Source: a virus. From it: DNA of 64,000 nucleotides. The notes beneath the pieces were generated by a model. The model searched no databases and had not been told where the DNA came from. It saw nothing but the letters and a program-made list of their open reading frames with translations. Each line of letters opens with the position of its first letter. The first letter of the stretch is position 1. Below, in pieces: positions 9,341 to 17,951 of the stretch. The stretch covers positions 9,974-73,973 of the IMG/VR virus record IMGVR_UViG_3300005842_000010; one strand, given 5' to 3'. A program made the position numbers and the translations under genes.

Positions 9341-9349
9341 GTTGACATC

Positions 9350-10930
9350 ATGCAAGATATTCACGGCAATTGGATACCCGACTCGACTCCAAAGCAACTG
9401 GAGGTATTCAACGACAGATCCCATGTGCTTCTGGTCTCAGGGCCGCGGGCGACAGGCAAAACACGAGGCTGTTTGAATAAAATCGTTAGGCATTTGTGGG
9501 AAACGGATAGGGCTCGCTGCATTATGTTCGCCCGCACTAAGACGCTTGCGAAAGATGCCGGAACTTGGAGCGTGCTTCATCAAAACACGCTCCCCGAATG
9601 GATAAATGCAAACATCGGCCTACGCTATACCAGCTTCAACAATGGCATTCCTGGCGCAAAGGTTGATGGCACGACCAGAAGCCCCTACTTCAAAATAAGA
9701 AATCGGCACGGAAACGATTCTGAAATGTTTTTATTCAGCTTGGACAACGACGACGATGCTGAGACAAAAATGAAGAACCTCGAAGCCTCGATGTTTTATT
9801 TTAGTGAGCTGGATAATTTTGGCGACCGTCGGGTTTTAGTTGTCCCGCTGGCTGCCTTGCGTATTGGCACATTCGAAGAGCAGCAATGGATCGCCGATTG
9901 CAATCCGAGCGAAGAGGGCGAGCAAAGCTGGATCTACCAGATTTTTTTGAAGGAAAGATTGATGACGTTTGAGGATTTCAGCGCTCATCAAAAGCGATCC
10001 GATCTTCCGCCAATGACTGAGCAAGAGTTTAAGGATTTCTATGGCAATATGAACGTCATAGAGATGTTTCCGCAGGACAATTTATTCGCTGATCAGCGCC
10101 TTCTTTCAAATATAAAACTTTCTTGTGGCGCCGACGCCGGCCTCTACGCGCGCCACGTCGAGGGCAAGTGGGTATGGGGCGGCGGCGATGCCTCACGCCA
10201 TTTCCGCAGCTACTTCAAATCTCATCACATCATCGGCAAAGCTGATGGCCCAGAGGAAGACTGGGAAACGGCCGGGCTGACGGATGGCTGCTACGAGCTG
10301 GTCACCGGCTGGGACTTGGGCGAGGTGAACCATTCATTTCACATCATCGAAAAGACATTCCCGCGCACGCCGCTGTCCTTGGCCATGAAGATGAACATTC
10401 CATATTTCACGATCATCGACGAGCTGGTTCTGATAGGAAAAGAGGTTTCGCATGAAGAATTCGCGATGGCAGGCATGGAGATGATCGAAAAATTAGAGGA
10501 ACTCTACGGAAAAACTTTCAACCTCGAAGGGATAGCCTGGTCCGATCAGAGCGCCATCACGAATTACAGCTCCATCGCGGATACCTTCCCTTATCAGCTC
10601 GTGGCGGCCGCGACCGGTGATCGCATCGTCCTCCGCGGCGTTCCGAAGGCGCACCATTCAGTGTTCGAGCGCGTGCGCCTGGTGAAGCAGCTTCTTAGTC
10701 AAAACCGGCTGGCCGTGTCGGCGCACTGCGAGCATACCCTGGCGATGTTCCGTGATTTGAAGAAGGGGAAGGACAAAATCAATTTCATCGAGCGCGACAA
10801 AAACAAGCACAAGCATCCGTTTGATTCAATGTCGTACGCGCTGCTGATGGAATGCGCTGAAGAGATCCAGGCCAACGCCTCGACTCCGAACACCGTCAAG
10901 CGATCGCTTGGGCTCGTGCAGGTGGGGTGA
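9350..10930 (+). CDS. terL: Terminase large subunit
   Basis: Adenine-binding TPKQ, Walker A SGPRATGKT, Walker B-like YFSELD, coupling motif DCNP, nuclease GWDLG and the C-terminal HPFDSMSY. Confidence 0.9.
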   Translation: MQDIHGNWIPDSTPKQLEVFNDRSHVLLVSGPRATGKTRGCLNKIVRHLWETDRARCIMFARTKTLAKDAGTWSVLHQNTLPEWINANIGLRYTSFNNGIPGAKVDGTTRSPYFKIRNRHGNDSEMFLFSLDNDDDAETKMKNLEASMFYFSELDNFGDRRVLVVPLAALRIGTFEEQQWIADCNPSEEGEQSWIYQIFLKERLMTFEDFSAHQKRSDLPPMTEQEFKDFYGNMNVIEMFPQDNLFADQRLLSNIKLSCGADAGLYARHVEGKWVWGGGDASRHFRSYFKSHHIIGKADGPEEDWETAGLTDGCYELVTGWDLGEVNHSFHIIEKTFPRTPLSLAMKMNIPYFTIIDELVLIGKEVSHEEFAMAGMEMIEKLEELYGKTFNLEGIAWSDQSAITNYSSIADTFPYQLVAAATGDRIVLRGVPKAHHSVFERVRLVKQLLSQNRLAVSAHCEHTLAMFRDLKKGKDKINFIERDKNKHKHPFDSMSYALLMECAEEIQANASTPNTVKRSLGLVQVG

Positions 10931-11252
10931 TGCCGGCCATCAGCTTCGCCAGCATCTTGCGCTGCGCGACGGTAGCCCGGTCGAGGTAAGAAAGATTTCG
11001 ATGGCGCAGAAACCGGAGATGCTTCTTTGGCTGCAGGAGGTTCACACCACAGGCATGGCTGAAAGCTTCGATATCGGATAGCCTCAGCAACGACCAGCTC
11101 GCCATGTGGGAGATTTGAACTACCCGAACCCGTGAGAGCCCGCTCCTTTCACAAATCTCCTCTTCCGTCATCAACCGTAACCCATTACTCGAACGGGCCA
11201 GCAATCGGCAAAGCCTTGGAGGGATTCGATCAAATCTGGCCGTGTACGTCAT
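10896..11252 (-). CDS. HTH (XRE-like) DNA-binding protein
   Basis: MTEEEICERSGLSRVRVVQIS has helix-turn-helix patterning. The gene overlaps terL convergently. Confidence 0.55.
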   Translation of the reverse strand: MTYTARFDRIPPRLCRLLARSSNGLRLMTEEEICERSGLSRVRVVQISHMASWSLLRLSDIEAFSHACGVNLLQPKKHLRFLRHRNLSYLDRATVAQRKMLAKLMAGITPPARAQAIA

Positions 11253-12157
11253 AGTGGCGTAATTACCGTGTTCGTTATGGCAATCCGATGCTGTGACATG
11301 GTGTAAAATCCATAAGCCTTGGTTGGGTCCAGCTCGATCTTCATGGTGTACACCCCGTCACTCAGGCCGGTGATATCAAACCACATACAGGGTTGAACAT
11401 TGTACGCATCTCCCCATCCGGGCATGAGGTTGGGAGAATTGCAAGATCCGGGTTGTGGATCGGTGTTCCATCCCAGGTCCAGAACCTTACCAAAGTTGAT
11501 AACACACCACCCCATCTTTCGGCTTGTGACTTGGGCGGTATCCCCGATCAAAGTGAACTTGCTGAAGTTCGTCAGGTGAAAGTGATGATGGCATGGATCG
11601 TAAAAGTAGTAAGGCCCGCTCGGGCCATACCAGTAATTGGCATTGTTCGGATTCCATACCGTCACCGGGAAGCGCAACAGCTTGCGCGGGCCAGGTTCAG
11701 CGCACCCCTCGGCCACAGCACAATCATTGGTACCGAACGTCAAAGTTTCAATCCACGCCGCTGCCCAATAAACGTGAGTAGCGGCAACCCCAAACCGATC
11801 ATCATCCAGAATCGTGATCGTGTTAGTCGGTGGCTGTTCAATGCGATAGAAACAGTTGGGTTGAGTGATCGGGAATGACAAGAATGTATTGGTGACAGGA
11901 CTGACCAGAACCGTCCACGGCCCTGTGCTGTTCGTGCTGCACCAAACTGTGTATGCGCTTGAGTTTGTCCCTGGACTCCAACTCAGGGTTATCGTGCCAT
12001 TCGAGGCTGCGATGTTCGTGATCGAAAAGGTTGGGAGTGGAACGAAAGTGAGCCGCGCCGAAACCTTCATCGGCCTGCCAAGGCTCTCCACTTGCTCCTG
12101 GTGTTTGGGAGATCTGATGACTAGGCCCAGGACAGCCAGGGCCAGCAGTGTTCTCAC
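11249..12157 (-). CDS. Lysyl oxidase-family protein with signal peptide and small beta-sandwich domain
   Basis: LOX motifs occur in order: DCAVAEGC, RKLLRFPVTVWN, Cu site DPCHHHFH (H190/H192/H194), RKMGWC (K214), PGWGDAY (Y252) and CMWFDITGLSDGVYTMKIELDP. Confidence 0.85.
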   Translation of the reverse strand: MRTLLALAVLGLVIRSPKHQEQVESLGRPMKVSARLTFVPLPTFSITNIAASNGTITLSWSPGTNSSAYTVWCSTNSTGPWTVLVSPVTNTFLSFPITQPNCFYRIEQPPTNTITILDDDRFGVAATHVYWAAAWIETLTFGTNDCAVAEGCAEPGPRKLLRFPVTVWNPNNANYWYGPSGPYYFYDPCHHHFHLTNFSKFTLIGDTAQVTSRKMGWCVINFGKVLDLGWNTDPQPGSCNSPNLMPGWGDAYNVQPCMWFDITGLSDGVYTMKIELDPTKAYGFYTMSQHRIAITNTVITPL

Positions 12158-12158
12158 G

Positions 12159-13784
12159 CTACTTATTAACCTTCATTATAAACGCATCGCTGTTTCCGTA
12201 TGACGTGAGTGGAATGGTTCCGAACATGACAGGTGTTGGCTGTTGGTTCGGAGTGTGGCTTGGGCTAAAGAACCCACAAACGACTGGATTTCCACTCAGA
12301 TCACTGACCAATCCTTTGGCACTATCAACGCCCGTTCCCCCAACCTCAAGCGGCCAACCGTCCTGCAACACAAGCGAGTTGTTGTATTTGGCGACAAAAG
12401 CGTCGTATTGATTTTCTGGTGTTACAGGCATTGACCTTCCACTAAAGTCGTAAACACCACTGCTGCCCAAATAACAGGTCATATAAACCTCGTTTTGAGA
12501 TCCAAACATTACCGCCGTAGGGCCACACGCATTTACTGGATTCATGTAAGTCGCGGCCATGTAATGTCCGTCAATGGCGGAGTACTTGGCAAGGAACCCG
12601 CTTGCGTCGGATGCAGTGCCATTTACAGTTCCACCACCCAAATCAGTCCTTATTGAAAAATATCCCGCAACCGCAATCGTGCTGTATTGAGGATCAATGC
12701 CAATACAAAGCCCAACAGTTCCCTTAAGGGGGTAGCCGTGTGGAAACGACCACGAGGATGCACCATACGATCCGTCAGGTGCGATTTTGGCCACATACAT
12801 CCACTGCTGCTGGCCTCCCGACGTGTGTATAGCTGTCGATTCATCGCCAAGCTGCAAATAGCCAGTAAAATCGCCAGCGAGATAAATATTGTCCACAGAA
12901 TCGAGAACAATATATACATTCGGTGGTCCACCTCCAGATTGGTACATTCTCGACCACAAATGATTGCCGTCATGCGAATATGAGGCCAGCACTATTGATG
13001 GTCCTTGGTAAGCATTAGTAACGGGGCTTCCGGGATGGCCTGGAGTTCCAAAATTTAATGTGGGAGGAAGAGGACCAGGCGCGAATCTTCCACCAACGAT
13101 AACATTTCCGGCGCTGTTTATTTTAATCGTGGTAAAGGCATCGTTTGTTCCTGTTGGAATACCGAAACTATAGGACCAACGATGTACCCCAGTTGAGGTA
13201 TAGCTTGCGATCCATGCATGGCCACCAGGAAGATCACCCCCACCAAGATTTGCAGTTCCAGAAACTAGCCCGCAGAGATATATATTCCCACTGGAATCCA
13301 CCGCTATTGCGATGGGCTGTAGGTCTCCCGACGATCCGCCGTAACTTACGGACCATACATGATTCCCCTCGTTGTCGTACTTCACGATAAAAATAGCAGA
13401 CCTTCCTGTCGGCGATGTAAGGCCGGCTGCCGAAACCCCCGGCGTTCCAAAATTAGCCGTTCCCTTGAAATAGCCAGCCATGATAAATGAGCCGTCAGGG
13501 TTTCTGGCTATACAGGCTGCTGCATCATTTAACGAACCCCCGCCCTTTCGCGCCCACGCCACGCTTCCCGACGGCTGATTCACCGGGCTCACCGGTCCAG
13601 CGATCGTTGACGGGATCTCTTGAGCGGTAAGTGTAATTCCTCTTACGCGATAATAAGCGCCGTTCGGAATTGGGTTTGCGAAAACGTGGGCTGGCGATGA
13701 GAGATGCGCGCTACTGCGTGATAACGGGGAAAAATTATTGTTCAACGATTCTTCAGCAACGTAATAGTCAATGTTGTCGCTCAT
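12159..13784 (-). CDS. Beta-propeller (SBBP-repeat-like) protein, probably virion- or surface-associated
   Basis: Repeated blades of the type DxAxxIAxDxxGNIYxxGxF...FxAKYxxxGxxxW. The start is uncertain: the track gives 13850, and the gene may be joined to the upstream ORF by a +1 shift. Confidence 0.8.
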   Translation of the reverse strand: MSDNIDYYVAEESLNNNFSPLSRSSAHLSSPAHVFANPIPNGAYYRVRGITLTAQEIPSTIAGPVSPVNQPSGSVAWARKGGGSLNDAAACIARNPDGSFIMAGYFKGTANFGTPGVSAAGLTSPTGRSAIFIVKYDNEGNHVWSVSYGGSSGDLQPIAIAVDSSGNIYLCGLVSGTANLGGGDLPGGHAWIASYTSTGVHRWSYSFGIPTGTNDAFTTIKINSAGNVIVGGRFAPGPLPPTLNFGTPGHPGSPVTNAYQGPSIVLASYSHDGNHLWSRMYQSGGGPPNVYIVLDSVDNIYLAGDFTGYLQLGDESTAIHTSGGQQQWMYVAKIAPDGSYGASSWSFPHGYPLKGTVGLCIGIDPQYSTIAVAGYFSIRTDLGGGTVNGTASDASGFLAKYSAIDGHYMAATYMNPVNACGPTAVMFGSQNEVYMTCYLGSSGVYDFSGRSMPVTPENQYDAFVAKYNNSLVLQDGWPLEVGGTGVDSAKGLVSDLSGNPVVCGFFSPSHTPNQQPTPVMFGTIPLTSYGNSDAFIMKVNK

Positions 13785-13800
13785 AAAAATGGATTTAATC

Positions 13801-14259
13801 CTAAAACTCTGGTGGTGTCCATGAAAGATGAACTCCATCGGCTTGTACATCTGCCGTCAGCGGCATTGGCACCTGATCGTGGATACGAAAGTAGGCATCG
13901 TCGCCAAGCGCAGGCACCGAAATCGATCTGGCCATCGTCGAATTGCCGATCGCCTGCCACGGCGAACTCAGTGAATCCTTGCGCTCAACGACAAATGGGC
14001 CTGTGCCACCCTGCCAGGTAATCGTAATAATCCCACCAGCGACAGAAACCGATGCGACTGAAGCAGCTGGAGGCGCAGATGGGGCCGCGGCCAGTCTTTG
14101 CTTAGGTTGCACGACCTCTACAGAGATTCGAACCTTCCTTAAACTGTCAACGAACTCGGTGTCCTTCGGGCTTCGAAGCGTCCGTCTCCATCCAGGGGGC
14201 ATTGGCACAGCGGCCGCGACTGCGACAGACGAGGACAGAAATTTGCGTCGATTAAACAT
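13801..14259 (-). CDS. Twin-arginine-leader protein with beta-sandwich domain and C-terminal GVHLSW motif
   Basis: N-terminus MFNRRKFLSSSVAVAAA; domain IITITWQGG..FVVERKDSL..W...AYFRI; C-terminus LTADVQADGVHLSWTPPEF. Confidence 0.75.
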   Translation of the reverse strand: MFNRRKFLSSSVAVAAAVPMPPGWRRTLRSPKDTEFVDSLRKVRISVEVVQPKQRLAAAPSAPPAASVASVSVAGGIITITWQGGTGPFVVERKDSLSSPWQAIGNSTMARSISVPALGDDAYFRIHDQVPMPLTADVQADGVHLSWTPPEF

Positions 14260-14426
14260 CAGAGTCCGCCCTTGCGCGCGCGGAAGCGTTTGACGCGGGA
14301 TTTTCCCCAGGCTTCAAGAATATTAAGTGCTCGATTATCTGGATGCGTGATTAGCATGCGCTGAAGTTTTCGCATCCACACCTGCCGCTCCTCGCTCGCG
14401 CCTTTGTGTTCGGATTTCTTTGGCAT
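14259..14426 (-). CDS. Small basic hypothetical protein (55 aa, below ORF-track cutoff)
   Basis: Manual translation MPKKSEHKGASEERQVWMRKL...RFRARKGGL. Its TGA overlaps the next ATG. Confidence 0.55.
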   Translation of the reverse strand: MPKKSEHKGASEERQVWMRKLQRMLITHPDNRALNILEAWGKSRVKRFRARKGGL

Positions 14427-14427
14427 T

Positions 14428-14589
14428 TTAGTTGAATGGGTTGTGATGCCAAAATCCCAGGATGCCGATCAGGATTAAGATGACGAGGCGTGAGCCAGTT
14501 CCGGTCCACGCCCATTTTGGATCGTTGGGAACGAAACAGCCGAGCCCGCAGAGTAGAAGCAATATCCACCAAAAAACTTCGATTACCAT
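14428..14589 (-). CDS. Small two-TM membrane protein (53 aa)
   Basis: Manual translation MVIEVFWWILLLLCGLGCFVPNDPKWAWTGTGSRLVILILIGILGFWHHNPFN, with AAGGA upstream. Confidence 0.6.
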   Translation of the reverse strand: MVIEVFWWILLLLCGLGCFVPNDPKWAWTGTGSRLVILILIGILGFWHHNPFN

Positions 14590-14614
14590 AATTTTCCTTT
14601 TTTTGTTGACCGAG

Positions 14615-15382
14615 TTAATTTTCCACCCGTGTAATTATCCATCTGTCATCTGCCAGCCCGGGATTAGCGGCATAGTCGAACGGAATATAAAAAAAGCCCC
14701 CAAACGGTCCCCACGCCGCGCCGTATGAATTCTTGATCTTGAACAGCCGTTTAATTCGGTCGTAACCAACACACTTCACGGCATGACCTCCAATCGGTGA
14801 ACGCTCCGAGTCATCCGGCAACCGGAGTATTCCAGTGCTCTCCATCTCGGGAGTTTCAAAGAACCCAAAAACACTGAATCCAAAGACAAACGGACGTTTA
14901 ACCAGAGCAAGGCATTGCATCATCTCTGTCTCGCTCGGAGCAATGCGCCGGTACTCTAGGGCCTGGTTTTTCTCCGCAGTCAGGTAAGTATCGAACGGAG
15001 GCTGCTCTGTGAACTTGGAAATGTCGTAGGGCCAATCAATCTCAGGGCACACCCCTTGTTTCACAACTGACCTGATCGTATCGCGCAGCGAAGCCCCGGA
15101 GTCGTAGTCAACTGTTCCCTCAATATCTCGCGTGTTGTAGTACAGGAACAATCTTGACGGGGTGATGAAACTTAAGCCCTGGGCCTTGCGCTCGAAATCA
15201 AAAGCGGATGCCACGGAATTGGCTGTGCAACTGCCAAGTTGGCCTTGGTTGTAAACTGGAGGGCATTGCGCAGACAGGTCAACCACGTCCGGCAACACGG
15301 CATGAGGCATCGAGAAAACCCTATCTTGGATCTGGGGCAAATCCCTGACCCACCCGTAGCGTTTTATCTGTCGATGCTTCAT
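14615..15382 (-). CDS. Papain-family (C1A) cysteine peptidase
   Basis: YGWVRD N-terminal motif, NQGQLGSCTA (oxyanion Q and catalytic C), GGHAVKCVGYD (H) and KNSYG (N). Confidence 0.92.
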   Translation of the reverse strand: MKHRQIKRYGWVRDLPQIQDRVFSMPHAVLPDVVDLSAQCPPVYNQGQLGSCTANSVASAFDFERKAQGLSFITPSRLFLYYNTRDIEGTVDYDSGASLRDTIRSVVKQGVCPEIDWPYDISKFTEQPPFDTYLTAEKNQALEYRRIAPSETEMMQCLALVKRPFVFGFSVFGFFETPEMESTGILRLPDDSERSPIGGHAVKCVGYDRIKRLFKIKNSYGAAWGPFGGFFYIPFDYAANPGLADDRWIITRVEN

Positions 15383-15383
15383 T

Positions 15384-15497
15384 TCATTCCCAACTCGCTA
15401 AAGCCATGCTGACCATCAGGCCAGTAACAAATGCCACCGTACCCCAGAACAGGACTGCTGCGATCCTGAAAGCTGTGTCTATGAATTCATCTTTCAT
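15384..15497 (-). CDS. Small single-TM protein (37 aa)
   Basis: Manual translation MKDEFIDTAFRIAAVLFWGTVAFVTGLMVSMALASWE. The start overlaps the upstream stop. Confidence 0.45.
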   Translation of the reverse strand: MKDEFIDTAFRIAAVLFWGTVAFVTGLMVSMALASWE

Positions 15498-15760
15498 TTG
15501 GGAATTGGAGGCAGAGTAGTTGTCGAATCAGCAGCAGATTTTAGCCCTTCATACTCTACACTGCTGATAACCACGTTTCCATCCTCATTGATATACGGCG
15601 TCTGGTGCCTCGTGAAAGCCACGGCATGATTGGATGGTTGCGTGATGCGCTTGGCCACGGTCACGGTTGGCGGGGTTGACTTGAATGGCTGGAAAGCAAT
15701 CTGGATCTGGCAACCGCATAGCAGGAGTGGAATTAACAGCCAGAGAAGTCGAAGGTTCAT
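15494..15760 (-). CDS. Putative lipoprotein (o-spanin-like position)
   Basis: Signal peptide with lipobox LLLCGC, followed by a short Pro/Thr-rich region. Confidence 0.6.
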   Translation of the reverse strand: MNLRLLWLLIPLLLCGCQIQIAFQPFKSTPPTVTVAKRITQPSNHAVAFTRHQTPYINEDGNVVISSVEYEGLKSAADSTTTLPPIPK

Positions 15761-16404
15761 CTCGGACCCTTTAATTTCATCACGCCCTGGAGTTTAATAG
15801 TCGCAGCCGTCTTTTCATTCCCCGCCTGAGTCGTGATTTCCTGCAAAGCACCGACTATTGTTCCTGCGCGATAGTACTCACCAATCTGTGTCATGCCCTG
15901 AGAAAGCGGATAATCTGCCGAACTGAGTGTGATCATGTTCTCCTGAATCTGAACCAGCTTAGTTTTCCGGTTCGCATCCATGGTCGCTATCAAGGCGGTA
16001 GTGGACTGTTGAAGGAAGAAGTTTTTATCAACCGAAACCCTGCCTCCGGCCACGCCAGCCGAGATTGCCGCCAGGATTGATTTGGCGGCCTCGCCAGAAA
16101 TCAATGTTCCCGCCCCGCCCAGTCCTATAAGAGCCAAGTCCGTGATGGTGTCAAATGTTGCCCTACCTTGATACAGGCCGTTGATAAACTGATCGTAATT
16201 CAGATCAGTCAGGAATATCAGATCGTTCAAAACTTGATTGCGTTGAACTTCCGGCACCGGATCGTTCGGTATGCCACCGGGCTTGGCGTATTTTGCGATT
16301 AGGTTTGCTGCCAATGAATTTTCAAAGGCGACCTTCTTTGGTGATCCTTTAGGGACACCGGCGCAACCGCAAAGCACCACAAGAATTATCGGTAAAAGTT
16401 TCAT
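15757..16404 (-). CDS. Putative lipoprotein
   Basis: MKLLPIILVVLCGC lipobox and a helical body with Gly/Ala-rich hydrophobic segments. Confidence 0.7.
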   Translation of the reverse strand: MKLLPIILVVLCGCAGVPKGSPKKVAFENSLAANLIAKYAKPGGIPNDPVPEVQRNQVLNDLIFLTDLNYDQFINGLYQGRATFDTITDLALIGLGGAGTLISGEAAKSILAAISAGVAGGRVSVDKNFFLQQSTTALIATMDANRKTKLVQIQENMITLSSADYPLSQGMTQIGEYYRAGTIVGALQEITTQAGNEKTAATIKLQGVMKLKGPR

Positions 16405-16574
16405 GGTCCTATGAAATTCCTAATCTCGTTCGCCATAAACCACATTCCAGCGCGGTAGTGGACCTGAGCGCAGCCAGGATACGCTTTGTCCCACTCGTGC
16501 GCAGATCTGTCAGCCAGCTCCGCCTCTTTAGAGATATATTCCCTGAGCGCTTCAAATTTTTCCTCCGCTGTCAT
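16401..16574 (-). CDS. Small hypothetical protein (57 aa)
   Basis: Manual translation MTAEEKFEALREYISKEAEL...NEIRNFIGP. It abuts the upstream stop and its TGA overlaps the next ATG. Confidence 0.55.
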   Translation of the reverse strand: MTAEEKFEALREYISKEAELADRSAHEWDKAYPGCAQVHYRAGMWFMANEIRNFIGP

Positions 16575-17114
16575 TTAACGCAAATGCGGCGGCAGAGGCT
16601 TGGCCGCTTTTAACAAAGCGGGATTCCCTGGCGGCAAACCTGCCTGCATCCCATTGCATAAATCCTTTCCATAGAGCCGGATCTCAGTGTCATTCGTGCT
16701 GAGGCCGGAAACCACCACGTTGAGCAGCGAGAGGCTTCCATTGATAATCAGTCGAGCTGTAACGTTTGTTACATTTGCCGCCTCAAGCGCTTTGACGATT
16801 TCAGAAGGCGTAACGTTTGTTCCGTTTGCCACTGCGCATACCACCGGAACGGCAGCGCGGACATGCGGTGTGGCTTCGGGATGAGTCTCAAGGCCAATCT
16901 GCTCGCCGAGCGTGACAGCGGCAGTAAACGCCGCATGGCTCATTGCTGGGTTACCAGCACAACCCACGAACATCAGGCACACGCCGGCCAGGACTGCCGC
17001 GAGCGCTACAGTCAGCAGGCACAGCTTTTTCTGACGTTCAGCTTTTTCGGTTTCGAGCATCAGTTCATATCGGGTTCGGAGTTTGATGATGTTATTCATA
17101 AGCAGGGGTATCAT
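16575..17114 (-). CDS. Putative membrane-anchored lipoprotein
   Basis: Hydrophobic stretch ending MFVGCAG (lipobox-like). The true start may be internal. Confidence 0.6.
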   Translation of the reverse strand: MIPLLMNNIIKLRTRYELMLETEKAERQKKLCLLTVALAAVLAGVCLMFVGCAGNPAMSHAAFTAAVTLGEQIGLETHPEATPHVRAAVPVVCAVANGTNVTPSEIVKALEAANVTNVTARLIINGSLSLLNVVVSGLSTNDTEIRLYGKDLCNGMQAGLPPGNPALLKAAKPLPPHLR

Positions 17115-17317
17115 TTTGCCTCACCCTGCGCCTCTGGCTGGCGCGAGTCAACAGCTAATCGTAACCCGGACGAAACGAAGATATCCACCTCCCGGGCTGG
17201 CCGAACACAAATCCAGTTGCAACCTTCCACTCCGGCACCGACATAATGCTCCATCAACTCGGGTATTGTCCGGCCACAGTGCGGACAGAGTATCGCCTTA
17301 CTCTTTTGAGCCATCAA
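17111..17317 (-). CDS. Small CxxC protein
   Basis: 68 aa with CPHCG. It overlaps its neighbours in operon fashion. Confidence 0.45.
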   Translation of the reverse strand: MMAQKSKAILCPHCGRTIPELMEHYVGAGVEGCNWICVRPAREVDIFVSSGLRLAVDSRQPEAQGEAK

Positions 17318-17567
17318 ATTCCTTCTGAGCCTTTTTCAAAGCCAGATCATCTCCTGTTTGAGCGAGGGGAACGTTTCCGGCACCAGCAGCAGCCAAACCA
17401 TAGGTCACTGCCACCCCTTCGATGATATGGATCGTGGCGCGGATCTGCTGGGAATAAATCTGAAACCACACCTCGAATATCTCCAGGCCCGTTTTACAAA
17501 ACAGATAAGTCAACGCTGCATATCTGGTGTGTTTATTGGCCCATAATGCGGCAAAGACGTTCTTCAT
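17298..17567 (-). CDS. Putative holin-like membrane protein
   Basis: 89 aa with two hydrophobic segments and a charged C-terminus, located among lipoprotein and peptidase genes. Confidence 0.45.
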   Translation of the reverse strand: MKNVFAALWANKHTRYAALTYLFCKTGLEIFEVWFQIYSQQIRATIHIIEGVAVTYGLAAAGAGNVPLAQTGDDLALKKAQKEFDGSKE

Positions 17568-17896
17568 TTTTTAATAAAGAAAAAGAGTAGCCCGATACCT
17601 ACGCTGGCCGCAATAGCCCAGAGCACGATGGTGATGCTGCTTTTCCCTCCTCCGGCAGCAATTGCGTCTCGGACAGTATCGCGCCATTCATTGGCTCCGA
17701 CCTTGTATTCTTTCAAAGCTTGTTCAGTTTTCTCGCTGGCCTTTTCAGCAGACGCAAACGCGGCCTTGATAGCTTCTTTGTTTGCCGCGTTACGCTCATC
17801 CATGAGCTTCTCGAAAGCCAAACGAAGCTCCCGCTCAGCCTTGATTCGCTCAGCTATGACTTCGATTTTATGGCAGTTGGTTTCATCGTTGCTCAC
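17564..17896 (-). CDS. Coiled-coil protein with C-terminal TM (lysis-associated)
   Basis: Heptad-like charged helix followed by ITIVLWAIAASVGIGLLFFFIKK. Confidence 0.6.
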   Translation of the reverse strand: MSNDETNCHKIEVIAERIKAERELRLAFEKLMDERNAANKEAIKAAFASAEKASEKTEQALKEYKVGANEWRDTVRDAIAAGGGKSSITIVLWAIAASVGIGLLFFFIKK

Positions 17897-17951
17897 AAAT
17901 ACAAAACTACTTCGCCATCACCGGAAGTGCGAGAATGAAAAAATTTCCACA

